From positions 91,346 to 155,345 of the forward strand of contig JBFWOS010000001.1 of the NCBI GenBank assembly GCA_050250375.1: a stretch of 64,000 nucleotides of DNA, in the 5' to 3' direction. Under the pieces are notes generated by a model. It was not told the origin of the DNA. It searched no databases and saw nothing but the letters and a program-made list of their open reading frames with translations. This stretch comes from Candidatus Omnitrophota bacterium (GTDB lineage Bacteria; Omnitrophota; Gorgyraeia; Zapsychrales; Zapsychraceae). This document shows, one piece after another, positions 10,527-20,149 of this stretch (the stretch's first letter is position 1; each line of letters starts with the position of its first letter). Position numbers and translations under genes: made by a program.

Positions 10527-10955
10527 TTAAATATCAAATGTGACCAGATTTTTTTTATCCCGGTGCCGCCGGCAGATCTCTTCATAATTTATTTCTTCCA
10601 GCGTTTTCAGCACCGCCTGGTCAACCTCTTCCCACACTAAATCCATAATATGACTCTTGCCGGTTGCAGAACGATGGTCTGCGGCACAATATCCGATACT
10701 GCCCAGATCGGTGATTAATCGGTCAAGACCGATGCTCTGCGGTTCTTTGGCTAACAGATACCCTCCGTTTTTTCCCCGGATACTTTCAGTATATCCTAAT
10801 TGTTTTAGGGAGATGAGAATCTGGGTCAAAAATTGAACAGGAATACCTTGTTTATCGGCAATAACACTGATCGGAAGCGGTTCTTTATTGGGCCAATGCA
10901 AAGAAAGCTCCAAGAGAGCTTTGCAGGCATAATCGATTTTAGCTGAAATCCGCAT
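10527..10955 (-). CDS. Rrf2-family regulator (CymR-like, no IscR Cys triad)
   Basis: MRISAKIDYA, SIRGKNGGYLL wHTH; first gene of the cys operon. Confidence 0.9.
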   Translation of the reverse strand: MRISAKIDYACKALLELSLHWPNKEPLPISVIADKQGIPVQFLTQILISLKQLGYTESIRGKNGGYLLAKEPQSIGLDRLITDLGSIGYCAADHRSATGKSHIMDLVWEEVDQAVLKTLEEINYEEICRRHRDKKNLVTFDI

Positions 10956-10963
10956 GGTCTTTA

Positions 10964-10995
10964 ATCCTAACTAACTTGATCATTTTAGTAAGGAT
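10964..10995. promoter_or_regulatory. Candidate Rrf2 operator (32-bp imperfect palindrome)
   Basis: ATCCTAACTAACTTGATCATTTTAGTAAGGAT; 13 of 16 symmetric pairs match; 8 bp upstream of the rrf2 ATG. Confidence 0.6.
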
Positions 10996-10996
10996 A

Positions 10997-12052
10997 TCAC
11001 TCTTCCAGCAATTTGTCAACAATTCGTGCGCTTCCGGAAGGCATCGGATAATCTTTAAGATTTTTATGGCTGACCCATTTTCGGGCCGAATTCATCACGG
11101 GATTCGTTTTAAACCGGCAACGAAACACGTGCAATTGGACCCGAAAATGGGTGTAATAATGCTTTAATTGCATCATCGGCAATTCCCCATCGACCTCAAC
11201 ACCGACCTCTTCCCTTAATTCCCGCTTTAACGCCTGCAGTGGCGTTTCCCCGGATTCAATTTTTCCGCCTGGAAATTCCCATAAATCTGCCAACAGCCCC
11301 TTGGAGGAGCGCTTCTGGATATAATATTTTCCCCGGTGTTCGACCACCCCAACGGATACGTCCAACTCCTGGATCACCTTCTTTTTCGGGGTAGGGATAA
11401 TTTCCTGAATGCCTTGTTCATTAGCCAGGCAAACCTTCCGCAGCGGGCAGGCATTACAAACCGGTTCTTTACTCTTACAGACCAGCGCCCCCAATTCCAT
11501 CAGGGCCTGGTTAAACGTCCGTAAATTTTTCCCGGGCATAATCTCTAAAAGATACCGGACGATCACCGGATCGTTTTTAATATCCGCGGTCCCTTCCAGC
11601 GCTAATAAACGCATAATCACTCGTCTGACGTTGGCATCCACAATCGGCACCCTTTGATCAAAGGCAATACTCAGCACGGCCCCGGTCGTATAGGCCCCGA
11701 ATCCAGGCAGTTTTCTCAACTCGTCAAATGTCTCCGGTATTTTTCCGGCATAATTCTGGCAGATTATCACGGCCGCTTTGTGCAGATTCTTGGCCCGCTG
11801 ATAATATCCTAAGCCCTGCCACATCTTGAGAATTTTCTGTTCCGGAGACCGCGCGACATCGTCCACGGTTGGAAACTGTTTGACCCAGCGTTCATAATAG
11901 GGAATTACCGCATTGACGGTTGTCTGCTGCAGCATGACTTCCGAAATCCAGATCTTATAAGGATCCCTGGTTAACCGCCAGGGTAAGTCGCGGGCATTGG
12001 TTCTGTACCAGGCATTCAGCTGCCGGGCGATGGATGAATGACTTTCGGGCAT
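10997..12052 (-). CDS. mutY: A/G-specific adenine glycosylase with C-terminal Nudix domain
   Basis: WISEVMLQQT, WQGLGYY, HhH LPGFGAYT, VDANVRRV, CxxxxxxCxxCxxxxxC. Confidence 0.95.
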   Translation of the reverse strand: MPESHSSIARQLNAWYRTNARDLPWRLTRDPYKIWISEVMLQQTTVNAVIPYYERWVKQFPTVDDVARSPEQKILKMWQGLGYYQRAKNLHKAAVIICQNYAGKIPETFDELRKLPGFGAYTTGAVLSIAFDQRVPIVDANVRRVIMRLLALEGTADIKNDPVIVRYLLEIMPGKNLRTFNQALMELGALVCKSKEPVCNACPLRKVCLANEQGIQEIIPTPKKKVIQELDVSVGVVEHRGKYYIQKRSSKGLLADLWEFPGGKIESGETPLQALKRELREEVGVEVDGELPMMQLKHYYTHFRVQLHVFRCRFKTNPVMNSARKWVSHKNLKDYPMPSGSARIVDKLLEE

Positions 12053-12058
12053 ATGTAA

Positions 12059-12424
12059 TCAGGTTGATTGAATCAGATCACTAAAGAGATCGACCATCCC
12101 GGGATGCTGTCCCACCGGACGGCTGACCTTTATGCGGACGGACGGATATTTTTGACGGCATTGCTCAACGATCACCGGGATATCTTCATCGACATGCCGG
12201 CCGGAATTGAGAAAATTAAGCAAGACGGCAATTTCGTCCGCCCCTTGTTTAACACAGCGGTCTATTCCTTCAGGAATACTGGGGCTCTCTATTTCTAAAA
12301 ACGCGTATTCCAAAATATTAAAATCCGTCTTGCCTTTCAGATGTTCGAGTAATTGTACAACTTCCTCTTTTGTTTTCGACGATCGGCTTCCATGGGATAT
12401 CACCAGAACCGCTTTTTTCAGCAT
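12059..12424 (-). CDS. CbiX/SirB-type single-domain chelatase
   Basis: VISHGSR, AFLE...PSI, GRHVDEDIP, PVGQHP motifs. Confidence 0.88.
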   Translation of the reverse strand: MLKKAVLVISHGSRSSKTKEEVVQLLEHLKGKTDFNILEYAFLEIESPSIPEGIDRCVKQGADEIAVLLNFLNSGRHVDEDIPVIVEQCRQKYPSVRIKVSRPVGQHPGMVDLFSDLIQST

Positions 12425-13296
12425 TGAATGGTCCTAACGGGTAATTTGGATATCGAGATCTTTAGTTCCTGCCCATATGTAAACGGCAAAATCCGGCTTG
12501 TTCCATCAATGTATACATTTCCCTGAGGCATCAATGATGTGATCTTGACGGACTGTGTGCGGCCCAGAATACCGCCCTTTAACCGGTATGCCCCGTTTAA
12601 TCCTTCATACAATTCCCGCGGCATATACTGCATATCCGGCGAATACGGGTCTAGTTGTTCCCCCCCGGCCGAACGGATCGCCCCCGAACTTCCGGTCGCC
12701 GTTGAAACCCAGATTCCGGAACTTCTCTGTTCTTCTTCCACTTTATTAATATTCAAGACGTACCGGCTCAGGACGGCCGGATTTGAGTGCGCGATCAGGG
12801 CGTCATTAAGCACGTTAACACCGCTCCCTCCATCCAGGGATAAAGACAATCGGTGCAGATCCTTTTGGATATAGTCTCCTGTTTTCAGTTTTGTGATAAT
12901 CTGATCAAAATTATTGATATTCCCCGCACATAATCGGCCAACGCTATAGGTTAACGAAGAATTTACACCGATAATGATCTGATCACGCGCGGAAGCAGCC
13001 GCCCTCAGGAACGTACCGTCTCCTCCCACCGTAATGATTTTATCGAATTCATTAAAAGGAACCTGTCCTTCCCGAAAATAATATTTCGCGGGAATGTCGT
13101 GTTTTTTCAGGACGTCTTTTATATAGTTAAAAGTGTTTGAATGCTCTTCGTCCGCTTTTTTAAACCGGATCAGCTGGGACTTTAACAATCGGCTGGCCGG
13201 CTCCGCGGTTCCGATGATATTTTTCTCTTTATAAATGGAAAAAACTGTTTTTTTATACAGAACTAATACTTTTTTCATAACCTTATACCGCGTCAA
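12418..13296 (-). CDS. NAD kinase family protein
   Basis: VGGDGTFL, LND, STATGSS motifs. Confidence 0.88.
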   Translation of the reverse strand: MTRYKVMKKVLVLYKKTVFSIYKEKNIIGTAEPASRLLKSQLIRFKKADEEHSNTFNYIKDVLKKHDIPAKYYFREGQVPFNEFDKIITVGGDGTFLRAAASARDQIIIGVNSSLTYSVGRLCAGNINNFDQIITKLKTGDYIQKDLHRLSLSLDGGSGVNVLNDALIAHSNPAVLSRYVLNINKVEEEQRSSGIWVSTATGSSGAIRSAGGEQLDPYSPDMQYMPRELYEGLNGAYRLKGGILGRTQSVKITSLMPQGNVYIDGTSRILPFTYGQELKISISKLPVRTIQC

Positions 13297-13948
13297 ATAC
13301 GATATTATTATTTAAATCCTTAATCGACCGAAACACGGCATCCGCCTGACTTAAATATTCCCTGGGCAGCGATGTCTCAAGAGCAAAACACTTAAGACCG
13401 GCCGCCTTGGCGGACTGTATCCCGTAAGGGGCATTCTCGATCACGACCGCATCCCTGGCCTTAACGCCTAACTTTTGAACCGCCTGATGAAATGGTTCCG
13501 GATGGGGTTTCCCATATTGAACATCATTTCCGGTCACCGTTACCGCAAACAGCCTAAATAAATGATCCGGCAAAATCCGGTGCAATTCATGCCTCGCTGT
13601 ACCGGTTACCAGGGCCAGCTTCACATCAAGCCTGTAGAGTTTCTTTAACAACGTTCTTGAACCTGAAATAAACCGTTGTTTTGCGTTCAGTTTAAATAAC
13701 TCTTCTTTCGCCGATAATATTTTCCTGCCTTCTTCACTATTATAAGGCACATTGTATTTCTGATATATTTCTTTCAGGGCTTCTTCCCCGGGCTGACCTT
13801 CTCTTGAATATATGTCGTGATGGGTGACCTGGATCTTATTTAAATGCAGTATTTTTTTCCAGGCCAAATAGTGATCCGGCATGGTATTGGTGATCACACC
13901 ATCCATATCAAAGATGACCGCTTTTATCCGACAAATATTCTTAGACAT
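13283..13948 (-). CDS. HAD family phosphatase (beta-PGM-like)
   Basis: FDMDGV, KPHPEP, IENAPYG motifs. Confidence 0.92.
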   Translation of the reverse strand: MSKNICRIKAVIFDMDGVITNTMPDHYLAWKKILHLNKIQVTHHDIYSREGQPGEEALKEIYQKYNVPYNSEEGRKILSAKEELFKLNAKQRFISGSRTLLKKLYRLDVKLALVTGTARHELHRILPDHLFRLFAVTVTGNDVQYGKPHPEPFHQAVQKLGVKARDAVVIENAPYGIQSAKAAGLKCFALETSLPREYLSQADAVFRSIKDLNNNIVFDAV

Positions 13949-14018
13949 TCCACAGAGGTTATTTGAATGGGATTGAACTATGATTATAAGAAAACTTAGT
14001 ATTAAAATAAACTGAAAT

Positions 14019-14780
14019 TTATAGTTTTACAATGGATAATTCCTGGACAGCCGCCGATAAGGTCTCTGAGGCAGAAGCTTCAATTTTCAGGTCAGCAATC
14101 CCGTCTAAGGGCGTTTCGGATAACGTAATGATGACCAGGGCCGCTCCGGCCCGTTTGGCCATCCGGGGAAGACTGGCGGCGGGTTCAACCACCAGCGTTG
14201 AACCAACCGCAATAAACAAATCACAATCGCCGCTGAACTGTACCGCTTGATCCAAAGTCCAAGGGTCAATCCTTTGACCAAAAGAAATCGTGTTTGGTTT
14301 TAAAAACCCGCTGCAATCCAGGCATATGGGAGCAGATTCACCATCTTTTAATCGTTGATAAACTTCTTGCCAGGGGAACAGTTTTCGGCAGGACAAACAA
14401 CTGACCTCACGGTTAGTCCCGTGTAATTCAATCACCCGATTCGGATGACTGCCGGCTAATTGATGCAGTCCGTCAATATTCTGCGTTATAACCGCTGTTA
14501 GCTTACCGGATTGTTCCATTTTTACAATAGAGTAATGCCCCGGATTCGGCACGGCTTTCACCAAAGACTCGTAGAGCTCCATCTTATAATTCCAGTATTC
14601 AACGCGTTTTTGATCGTCAGACAGAAACTCCTGGTAGGTTACCGGCGCGTGGCGCCCCCAAAAACCTCCTTTGCTGCGATAGTCACTGATTCCGCTTTCT
14701 GTGGAGATTCCGGCCCCGGTGAAAACGACTAATTTTTTAGATGTCTTGATTAAATATTTAAGGCGGGTTAATGCGTCCAA
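14019..14780 (-). CDS. cobB: Sir2-family NAD-dependent deacylase
   Basis: GAGISTESGISDYR, TQNIDGLH, HG, two CxxC pairs, GSTL. Confidence 0.9.
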   Translation of the reverse strand: MDALTRLKYLIKTSKKLVVFTGAGISTESGISDYRSKGGFWGRHAPVTYQEFLSDDQKRVEYWNYKMELYESLVKAVPNPGHYSIVKMEQSGKLTAVITQNIDGLHQLAGSHPNRVIELHGTNREVSCLSCRKLFPWQEVYQRLKDGESAPICLDCSGFLKPNTISFGQRIDPWTLDQAVQFSGDCDLFIAVGSTLVVEPAASLPRMAKRAGAALVIITLSETPLDGIADLKIEASASETLSAAVQELSIVKL

Positions 14781-15206
14781 TTATCGTGAGTTTTGCCGAC
14801 TTCTCATCTGGTTCAACCTTATTTCCATGGCTTGTTTTTTTAATTCCATATTTTGTTTTCTTTGCTCAAGCGCCCTCTTTTTTTCAGCATCTGCAAGTTC
14901 CCTTTTTTGTTTCCTTAAGGCCTTAGCTAAATCCTTTTGGGCTTTTTTCATCTCCAGATTATTTTCAGTCTGAACTTTCCTAACTTCTTCCATCATTTTT
15001 TTTTGTTTTTCACTTTCTCTACTTTTCTTAATTTCTTCAATAAACTCCTGCTGACGTTCCGGTGAGGCATCATACCACTTTCGGCCAGTTAGTTTTTCAA
15101 AACGATATTTGACATACAAAGGAACTTCGCTATCCGCCAGAACCGTTTTCGCTTCCATAACACACAAAAAAATGAATACTGCCAACATTAATCGCCCTAT
15201 TTTCAT
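14781..15206 (-). CDS. Secreted hypothetical protein, charged helical
   Basis: Signal-peptide-like N-terminus; SD AGGAGG. Confidence 0.75.
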   Translation of the reverse strand: MKIGRLMLAVFIFLCVMEAKTVLADSEVPLYVKYRFEKLTGRKWYDASPERQQEFIEEIKKSRESEKQKKMMEEVRKVQTENNLEMKKAQKDLAKALRKQKRELADAEKKRALEQRKQNMELKKQAMEIRLNQMRSRQNSR

Positions 15207-15395
15207 GAGTATAAAGGCCTCCTTTTATATTAGTATAACACAGTGCCCCAGTACTGCCTACCTAAACTTTGCCTTTGCCAGATCAATGGCGAATAATTCA
15301 CTCGAGCGCTGAAAATGCTTATATTCACAAAAATCTGTCGTTTTCACAACTACTTGATAAGACTATATATAGATGGATTCCTACAATTCCGAATT

Positions 15396-16886
15396 TCATT
15401 CATTATGATTTAACCAATCGGCGACATCTTGGGAATATTGGGCGGGTATATTGTTCCGGTTAATTATTTCCCGGTCAACTAAATCAATATCCTGATTGCT
15501 GAGAATATATTTTGTTCCGCCTTTTGTCTCCACAATTGTAAAAGGCTTGGCTTTCTTCACCTTATCAAGCAACAAAACAAACTCTCTAAACGAACTAAAC
15601 CCTTCTCCGTTCACCTTTGAAACTATTTCATTGCCTTGCCCGTGATAACCGGCATTAATGTCATCTGACAATACATTCAATAAAACAACCAGTTCCCGGT
15701 CAAACTCAAGATTTAAGCGGCCATCTCCCAACAAAAAATAGGTCATATTGACCGGGGCCTGTTCCCACCAGCGTTTCCCCCAGGACATTAACAAATCAGA
15801 ACTGAGGATCGTAAAGACAAGGCCTCCATGTATATAGTACGTCGGCACTTGAATGTCATTAGGAAAAGGAATTAAATTGATAAAGGGAATTAACTTAAAC
15901 GAAAGGCTTTCTGTCTTGGCATGACGCATGATCGTAAAATTTACGGATTCATTGATCTGTTTTTTGGAAATCAGATATGGGAGGGTTAATCGTTCGTTCC
16001 CGCGAAAATCGAAAGTACCGTCTTCACCAATCTTGACTCCATCAACTTCAAGAATCACGTCTTCTTCCTGAAGATTACCGTAAGCCGATGAATAAGGAAG
16101 CAGTTTTGTGACAACAACACCACCCTCCACTTTATCAAGGCCGTAATAACGACGCATGTTTGTATTTTCTGTGTTCATATAATTCAAACCGATCATGGGG
16201 AACCCGTCATATTTCCCATCCTTCAAATCTTCAAAAAAGTGGTTGATGATCGGAACCGGAATCATATACCCGATATTCTGACCCGCATTCAATACCTGCA
16301 TGGCTATACCGACCAGCTTACCGTCTTGAACGACCGGACCACCGCTGTTCCCCGGATTAATGGCCGCGTCAATTTGAACCGCTAACAATTGCCTGGCACT
16401 TTGTGAATACGAAGAAACTTCAATCCTGGAAACCACTCCTTCAGTAATGGATAACTTTTCTCCACCCTGCGGAAAACCAATGACCGTGACGGTATCCTGC
16501 AATTGCGGTAAATCACCCATTTTCAAAGGCCGCGTGCCCTCGAAAAATTTTTGATCAACAACTTCAAGCATCGCCAAGTCACAGTCTTGAGCGATCGCAA
16601 CCACTTTCGCGGTGTATTTTTTTGGATCAGCATGTTTCTTAACTTGAATAAACGTTTGGTCGGTAACAACGTGGGCATTGGTTAAAATGCGGTTTTCTGA
16701 TATGATCGCTCCGGAACCGCTGCTTGAGGAGACACCTTGTGACTGCCAGGGGCGGTAAAAATCCATCCGGTTCGTTGTTACAAAAATCTTAACAACGGAT
16801 TCGGTGGGTTGAGCGGCAATACCAATTGAGCTGATAAAGAAGGAACTGACAACAAATAACAGTCCAATTATAATTCTATTTTGCAT
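15396..16886 (-). CDS. HtrA/DegP-family serine protease (Deg2-like, PDZ)
   Basis: Signal peptide; TNAHVV, CDLA, GNSGGP catalytic triad motifs. Confidence 0.93.
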   Translation of the reverse strand: MQNRIIIGLLFVVSSFFISSIGIAAQPTESVVKIFVTTNRMDFYRPWQSQGVSSSSGSGAIISENRILTNAHVVTDQTFIQVKKHADPKKYTAKVVAIAQDCDLAMLEVVDQKFFEGTRPLKMGDLPQLQDTVTVIGFPQGGEKLSITEGVVSRIEVSSYSQSARQLLAVQIDAAINPGNSGGPVVQDGKLVGIAMQVLNAGQNIGYMIPVPIINHFFEDLKDGKYDGFPMIGLNYMNTENTNMRRYYGLDKVEGGVVVTKLLPYSSAYGNLQEEDVILEVDGVKIGEDGTFDFRGNERLTLPYLISKKQINESVNFTIMRHAKTESLSFKLIPFINLIPFPNDIQVPTYYIHGGLVFTILSSDLLMSWGKRWWEQAPVNMTYFLLGDGRLNLEFDRELVVLLNVLSDDINAGYHGQGNEIVSKVNGEGFSSFREFVLLLDKVKKAKPFTIVETKGGTKYILSNQDIDLVDREIINRNNIPAQYSQDVADWLNHNE

Positions 16887-16901
16887 AAAATTTGCAACGG
16901 A

Positions 16902-19382
16902 TTAGATTTTGTTTAATTGCGCTTCGCTTGTGACGACATTTTCAATGCCGGGGTCTTCATCAACTTCTGACATCTCCGGAGTACTAACTTCCATTGTCTG
17001 GATCTCACCCTTCAGGAATGCGTTGATGTCATCAATCTTGGTTTGCAAACTTTGAATTTCCTGCTTTACGGCCGGATTTTGCTGTTCTTCCGCTGATGAA
17101 TTCTGAAGAACGGACAACCGTTGATGAATCTCCAGCAATTGATCCTTGAGGACGACTAAGTTGTGGTGGGTTTTATCGATTACCTTAGATTTATCGTAGA
17201 GTTCGACCAATGTATTATCGAGTTGAGCCTGTATTTCGCCCATCATTTCTTCTTTTTGCTGGGCATCGTAATGTTTGTCTTTGAGTTTTAACTTATATAT
17301 TTCGAGCATCCCTTCAAGCTCTTGAATTTCCAAAACTTTTTTCTGAACCATGACACGCAAATTGTCACTCCTTAAGTCTCTTTTTTCCTTTTCTTGCTGT
17401 AACAGATCTTTGAGAAGCTCAATATGATTAATTTTTTCGCGGGAAAGACGGTCACGGGTCAGAATCTTGTCATCCAATCGGGCCAATTCCTTGGTTAAAT
17501 CATCGATCTGCTGTTTCTGGTAGTCAATATCTTGATTGGCATCCTGCAAATTCTGCTTATACAAGGTAATCATGTTGGTGACTTGTTTTAACTCCCGTTC
17601 TTTTTCCATGATAATTGAGTTTAACTCTTTTTCACGATCAGCACTGATTTTTGGCCCTTCATCCTTGCTGATATAAAAACGGTCATCATCCTTGCTTTTT
17701 TCTAACTTTCCTTTTACAGTACTGTCCAACTTGGCAATACGTTTATCTTTTTCCGATAAAACTTTATCAGAACTTGCCAACTTTTCCCGGTATTCTTCCA
17801 ACACCTTATTCAAACCGGTGATTTCTTTGTCTTTCTTGGCTAATTGCTGGGCATGAATTTCGTCTTTTTGAGCCAATTCCTTTTCCAGTTTCTGTAACTT
17901 TTCCTCTTTTTCTTTTATGATATTCTGAGTCAATTCGAATCGTGATTCAAAGTCCAGGACCTGCTGATTCAACTCTTTCAAAGATTTATCTTTTTCCTCA
18001 ATTTGTTTATCTTTCATGGCCAACTCTGCCTTTTGATCCTTAATAATCTCATCCTTCTTGGCCAATTCTTTATCCGTTTCTTTCTTCTTGGTTTCATTCT
18101 GCTTTAGCTGTGCGACTTGGTAACGTAATTTCCATGCCTCATCCTGATATTTTTGCGCCTTTGACAATTCTTCTTTCAGTTTGTCCACTTCGCTTTTGAA
18201 TTTGACCATATTTTCCGATTCTTTTTTAAGTTCTTTGATCTGCCGTTGATATTCGGCGATTTCTTGATCCCTGCCTTCGAGTTTCTTTTCGATGCCTTCC
18301 CCTTTGGCCATTAAACTCTGAATTTTCTCGTCCAATTCCTTAATTTGCTTTTCTTTATCTTTGAGCTTGGTTTCTGTCTGGGCCAATTTCGATTTTAAAT
18401 CCTTAAAGTTTTTCTCAAGCCGCTGGGTTAAAAGATTCTTTGATTCAAATTCCACCAGTTCACTGCGGAGCTTGTTAATCTCACCGTTCTTTTCGGTCTC
18501 TTTCGATTTGCTTTCGGTCAATTCTAACGAAAGATCGACAATTTCTTTGGACAAATGGTCAATTTTGTCATCACGATCCTCTAAAACAAGGTGCATATCA
18601 TCTAATTTAACTTTCGCTTCGTCCAATAAAGATGTTATGCCACCGACATCCGGCAGAGTGTTCAAATTGGTTTTGGCCTGTACATCCGCGGGAACACGGT
18701 TTCCTTCCTCATCATAAAAACGTTGTTTCCGGCTGAATTCCGAGGGAGACAATAAAGCAACTTCGCCCTGGATGTATCCGTTTTTCGCATTGACTTCACG
18801 CAAACGGTTATATTGCTTCTCAAAAAGCTCAATTTCATTTTGCAGCCTTTTATTCTCAAGCTTTAAAGAGGCGTGAATCACTTTTAGAGGATCTTCCCCC
18901 TTCGCATAACGTTCCTGGATTTCCGCCTCTTCCTGGTCCAAAACAGCTTTTTGTTCTGCGTCGATGGCAACCATTTCCTGTTCAAAAAAGGACCGTTCAA
19001 AGCCTTTTTCCATCAAATCTTCACCAAGCACATTCCGTTTATACCGGAAGTAGTCACTCTTGTCCTTCAATTTTTTGGTGTACTCCAGAAGATCTTCTAA
19101 AAGGATTAAATCCATTTTTTGTGAAGCAGGCACATTCTTTTCGCGGGATAAAGACTTTAGCGCATCATGCAATTTGGGATCGTTGGGGTTTAATAAGAAT
19201 GCCCGGCTAAAATCACTGATTGCATCACTGTATTTTCCATCCCGAATCATTTTTTGGCCATGCTCATAAAAAGAATCAGCAATTTTGTCAGGGGTTTCTT
19301 GAGCGTTGGATATCTGTGGTAAAAGTATAATTAAGCCGAGTAAAACGATTCGTAGGAGTAGGGCAGTATTTTTCATGATCAA
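16902..19382 (-). CDS. Secreted TPR plus long coiled-coil protein
   Basis: Signal peptide; TPR-like GKYSDAISDFSRAFLLNP; K/E-rich heptads. Confidence 0.8.
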   Translation of the reverse strand: MIMKNTALLLRIVLLGLIILLPQISNAQETPDKIADSFYEHGQKMIRDGKYSDAISDFSRAFLLNPNDPKLHDALKSLSREKNVPASQKMDLILLEDLLEYTKKLKDKSDYFRYKRNVLGEDLMEKGFERSFFEQEMVAIDAEQKAVLDQEEAEIQERYAKGEDPLKVIHASLKLENKRLQNEIELFEKQYNRLREVNAKNGYIQGEVALLSPSEFSRKQRFYDEEGNRVPADVQAKTNLNTLPDVGGITSLLDEAKVKLDDMHLVLEDRDDKIDHLSKEIVDLSLELTESKSKETEKNGEINKLRSELVEFESKNLLTQRLEKNFKDLKSKLAQTETKLKDKEKQIKELDEKIQSLMAKGEGIEKKLEGRDQEIAEYQRQIKELKKESENMVKFKSEVDKLKEELSKAQKYQDEAWKLRYQVAQLKQNETKKKETDKELAKKDEIIKDQKAELAMKDKQIEEKDKSLKELNQQVLDFESRFELTQNIIKEKEEKLQKLEKELAQKDEIHAQQLAKKDKEITGLNKVLEEYREKLASSDKVLSEKDKRIAKLDSTVKGKLEKSKDDDRFYISKDEGPKISADREKELNSIIMEKERELKQVTNMITLYKQNLQDANQDIDYQKQQIDDLTKELARLDDKILTRDRLSREKINHIELLKDLLQQEKEKRDLRSDNLRVMVQKKVLEIQELEGMLEIYKLKLKDKHYDAQQKEEMMGEIQAQLDNTLVELYDKSKVIDKTHHNLVVLKDQLLEIHQRLSVLQNSSAEEQQNPAVKQEIQSLQTKIDDINAFLKGEIQTMEVSTPEMSEVDEDPGIENVVTSEAQLNKI

Positions 19383-19557
19383 TCGTAAATCCTTTATTTA
19401 GTAGTCAATTAGTTTACCTTCAAATGAAAGTAAGTATACCACCTTATTCACGATTCATCAAGGACACAAAACATACGCAAGCCATTCATTTGCATGTGTT
19501 TACATTAAAACTATATTAAAATATTATTTAATTTTCTTCTCGTTTATAATAATACTA

Positions 19558-20070
19558 TTATATGGCCTTGCTCATTTTCCTTTTTTTCTTTCTTTTAAGC
19601 TTCGGCCAGGCATCTTCAATTAAAATAAATCCAACACATCGTTCGGTCCCGCAATTGCAAGGATGATCTTCGTGATCCTCCCACGAATAATTGTAATTAT
19701 ATGTAATTTCTTCACCTTTTTTTATGTCCTTAATCGCGATAATCCAGACATGTCCTTTAATAATTTCAGATTCGCAGTTGGGGTCACAGGAATGATTGAT
19801 GAAACGGGCCGTGTTGTAATCAAAATATCCATCCAGGTCGTAACGTTTGTTAAGTTCAAAAAGATAAACTGCTCCCATTTCCTCATTATCAGCGTTATTC
19901 TCAAGCGGTTTTTGAGCCCTTCGATCGGACTCCTTTTTTGTTACCTTCTCCCCCACATATTCAATGATCCGTGTTCCTTTTTTTATGTTTACACTCGCGT
20001 AAATTCCTGTTCCATGAATGGCCGATTTGCGAAGCTTTATGTACGGGCTGGTCATTTTTTTGATAGTCAT
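19558..20070 (-). CDS. SET-domain protein-lysine methyltransferase with post-SET
   Basis: IHGTGIYA, RFINHSCDPNC, GEEITYNY, CNCGTERC; ATG at 20070 preferred over TTG at 20112. Confidence 0.93.
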   Translation of the reverse strand: MTIKKMTSPYIKLRKSAIHGTGIYASVNIKKGTRIIEYVGEKVTKKESDRRAQKPLENNADNEEMGAVYLFELNKRYDLDGYFDYNTARFINHSCDPNCESEIIKGHVWIIAIKDIKKGEEITYNYNYSWEDHEDHPCNCGTERCVGFILIEDAWPKLKRKKKRKMSKAI

Positions 20071-20149
20071 GTAGATATCCCAATTTAATCGGTTAAAAAT
20101 ATTATCATACAAAACTTTTTAAATTAAACAACGATTGATTGAACTTTCT

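Noticed and set aside
14019-14780. Sir2 as an anti-phage effector (Thoeris/DSR)
   Set aside because: It is a canonical zinc-binding sirtuin of normal length with no defence partners.
15210-15395. Possible c-di-GMP (GEMM) riboswitch from GGCAAA/GCAAAG on the minus strand
   Set aside because: The GAAA-loop stem and second hairpin could not be built.
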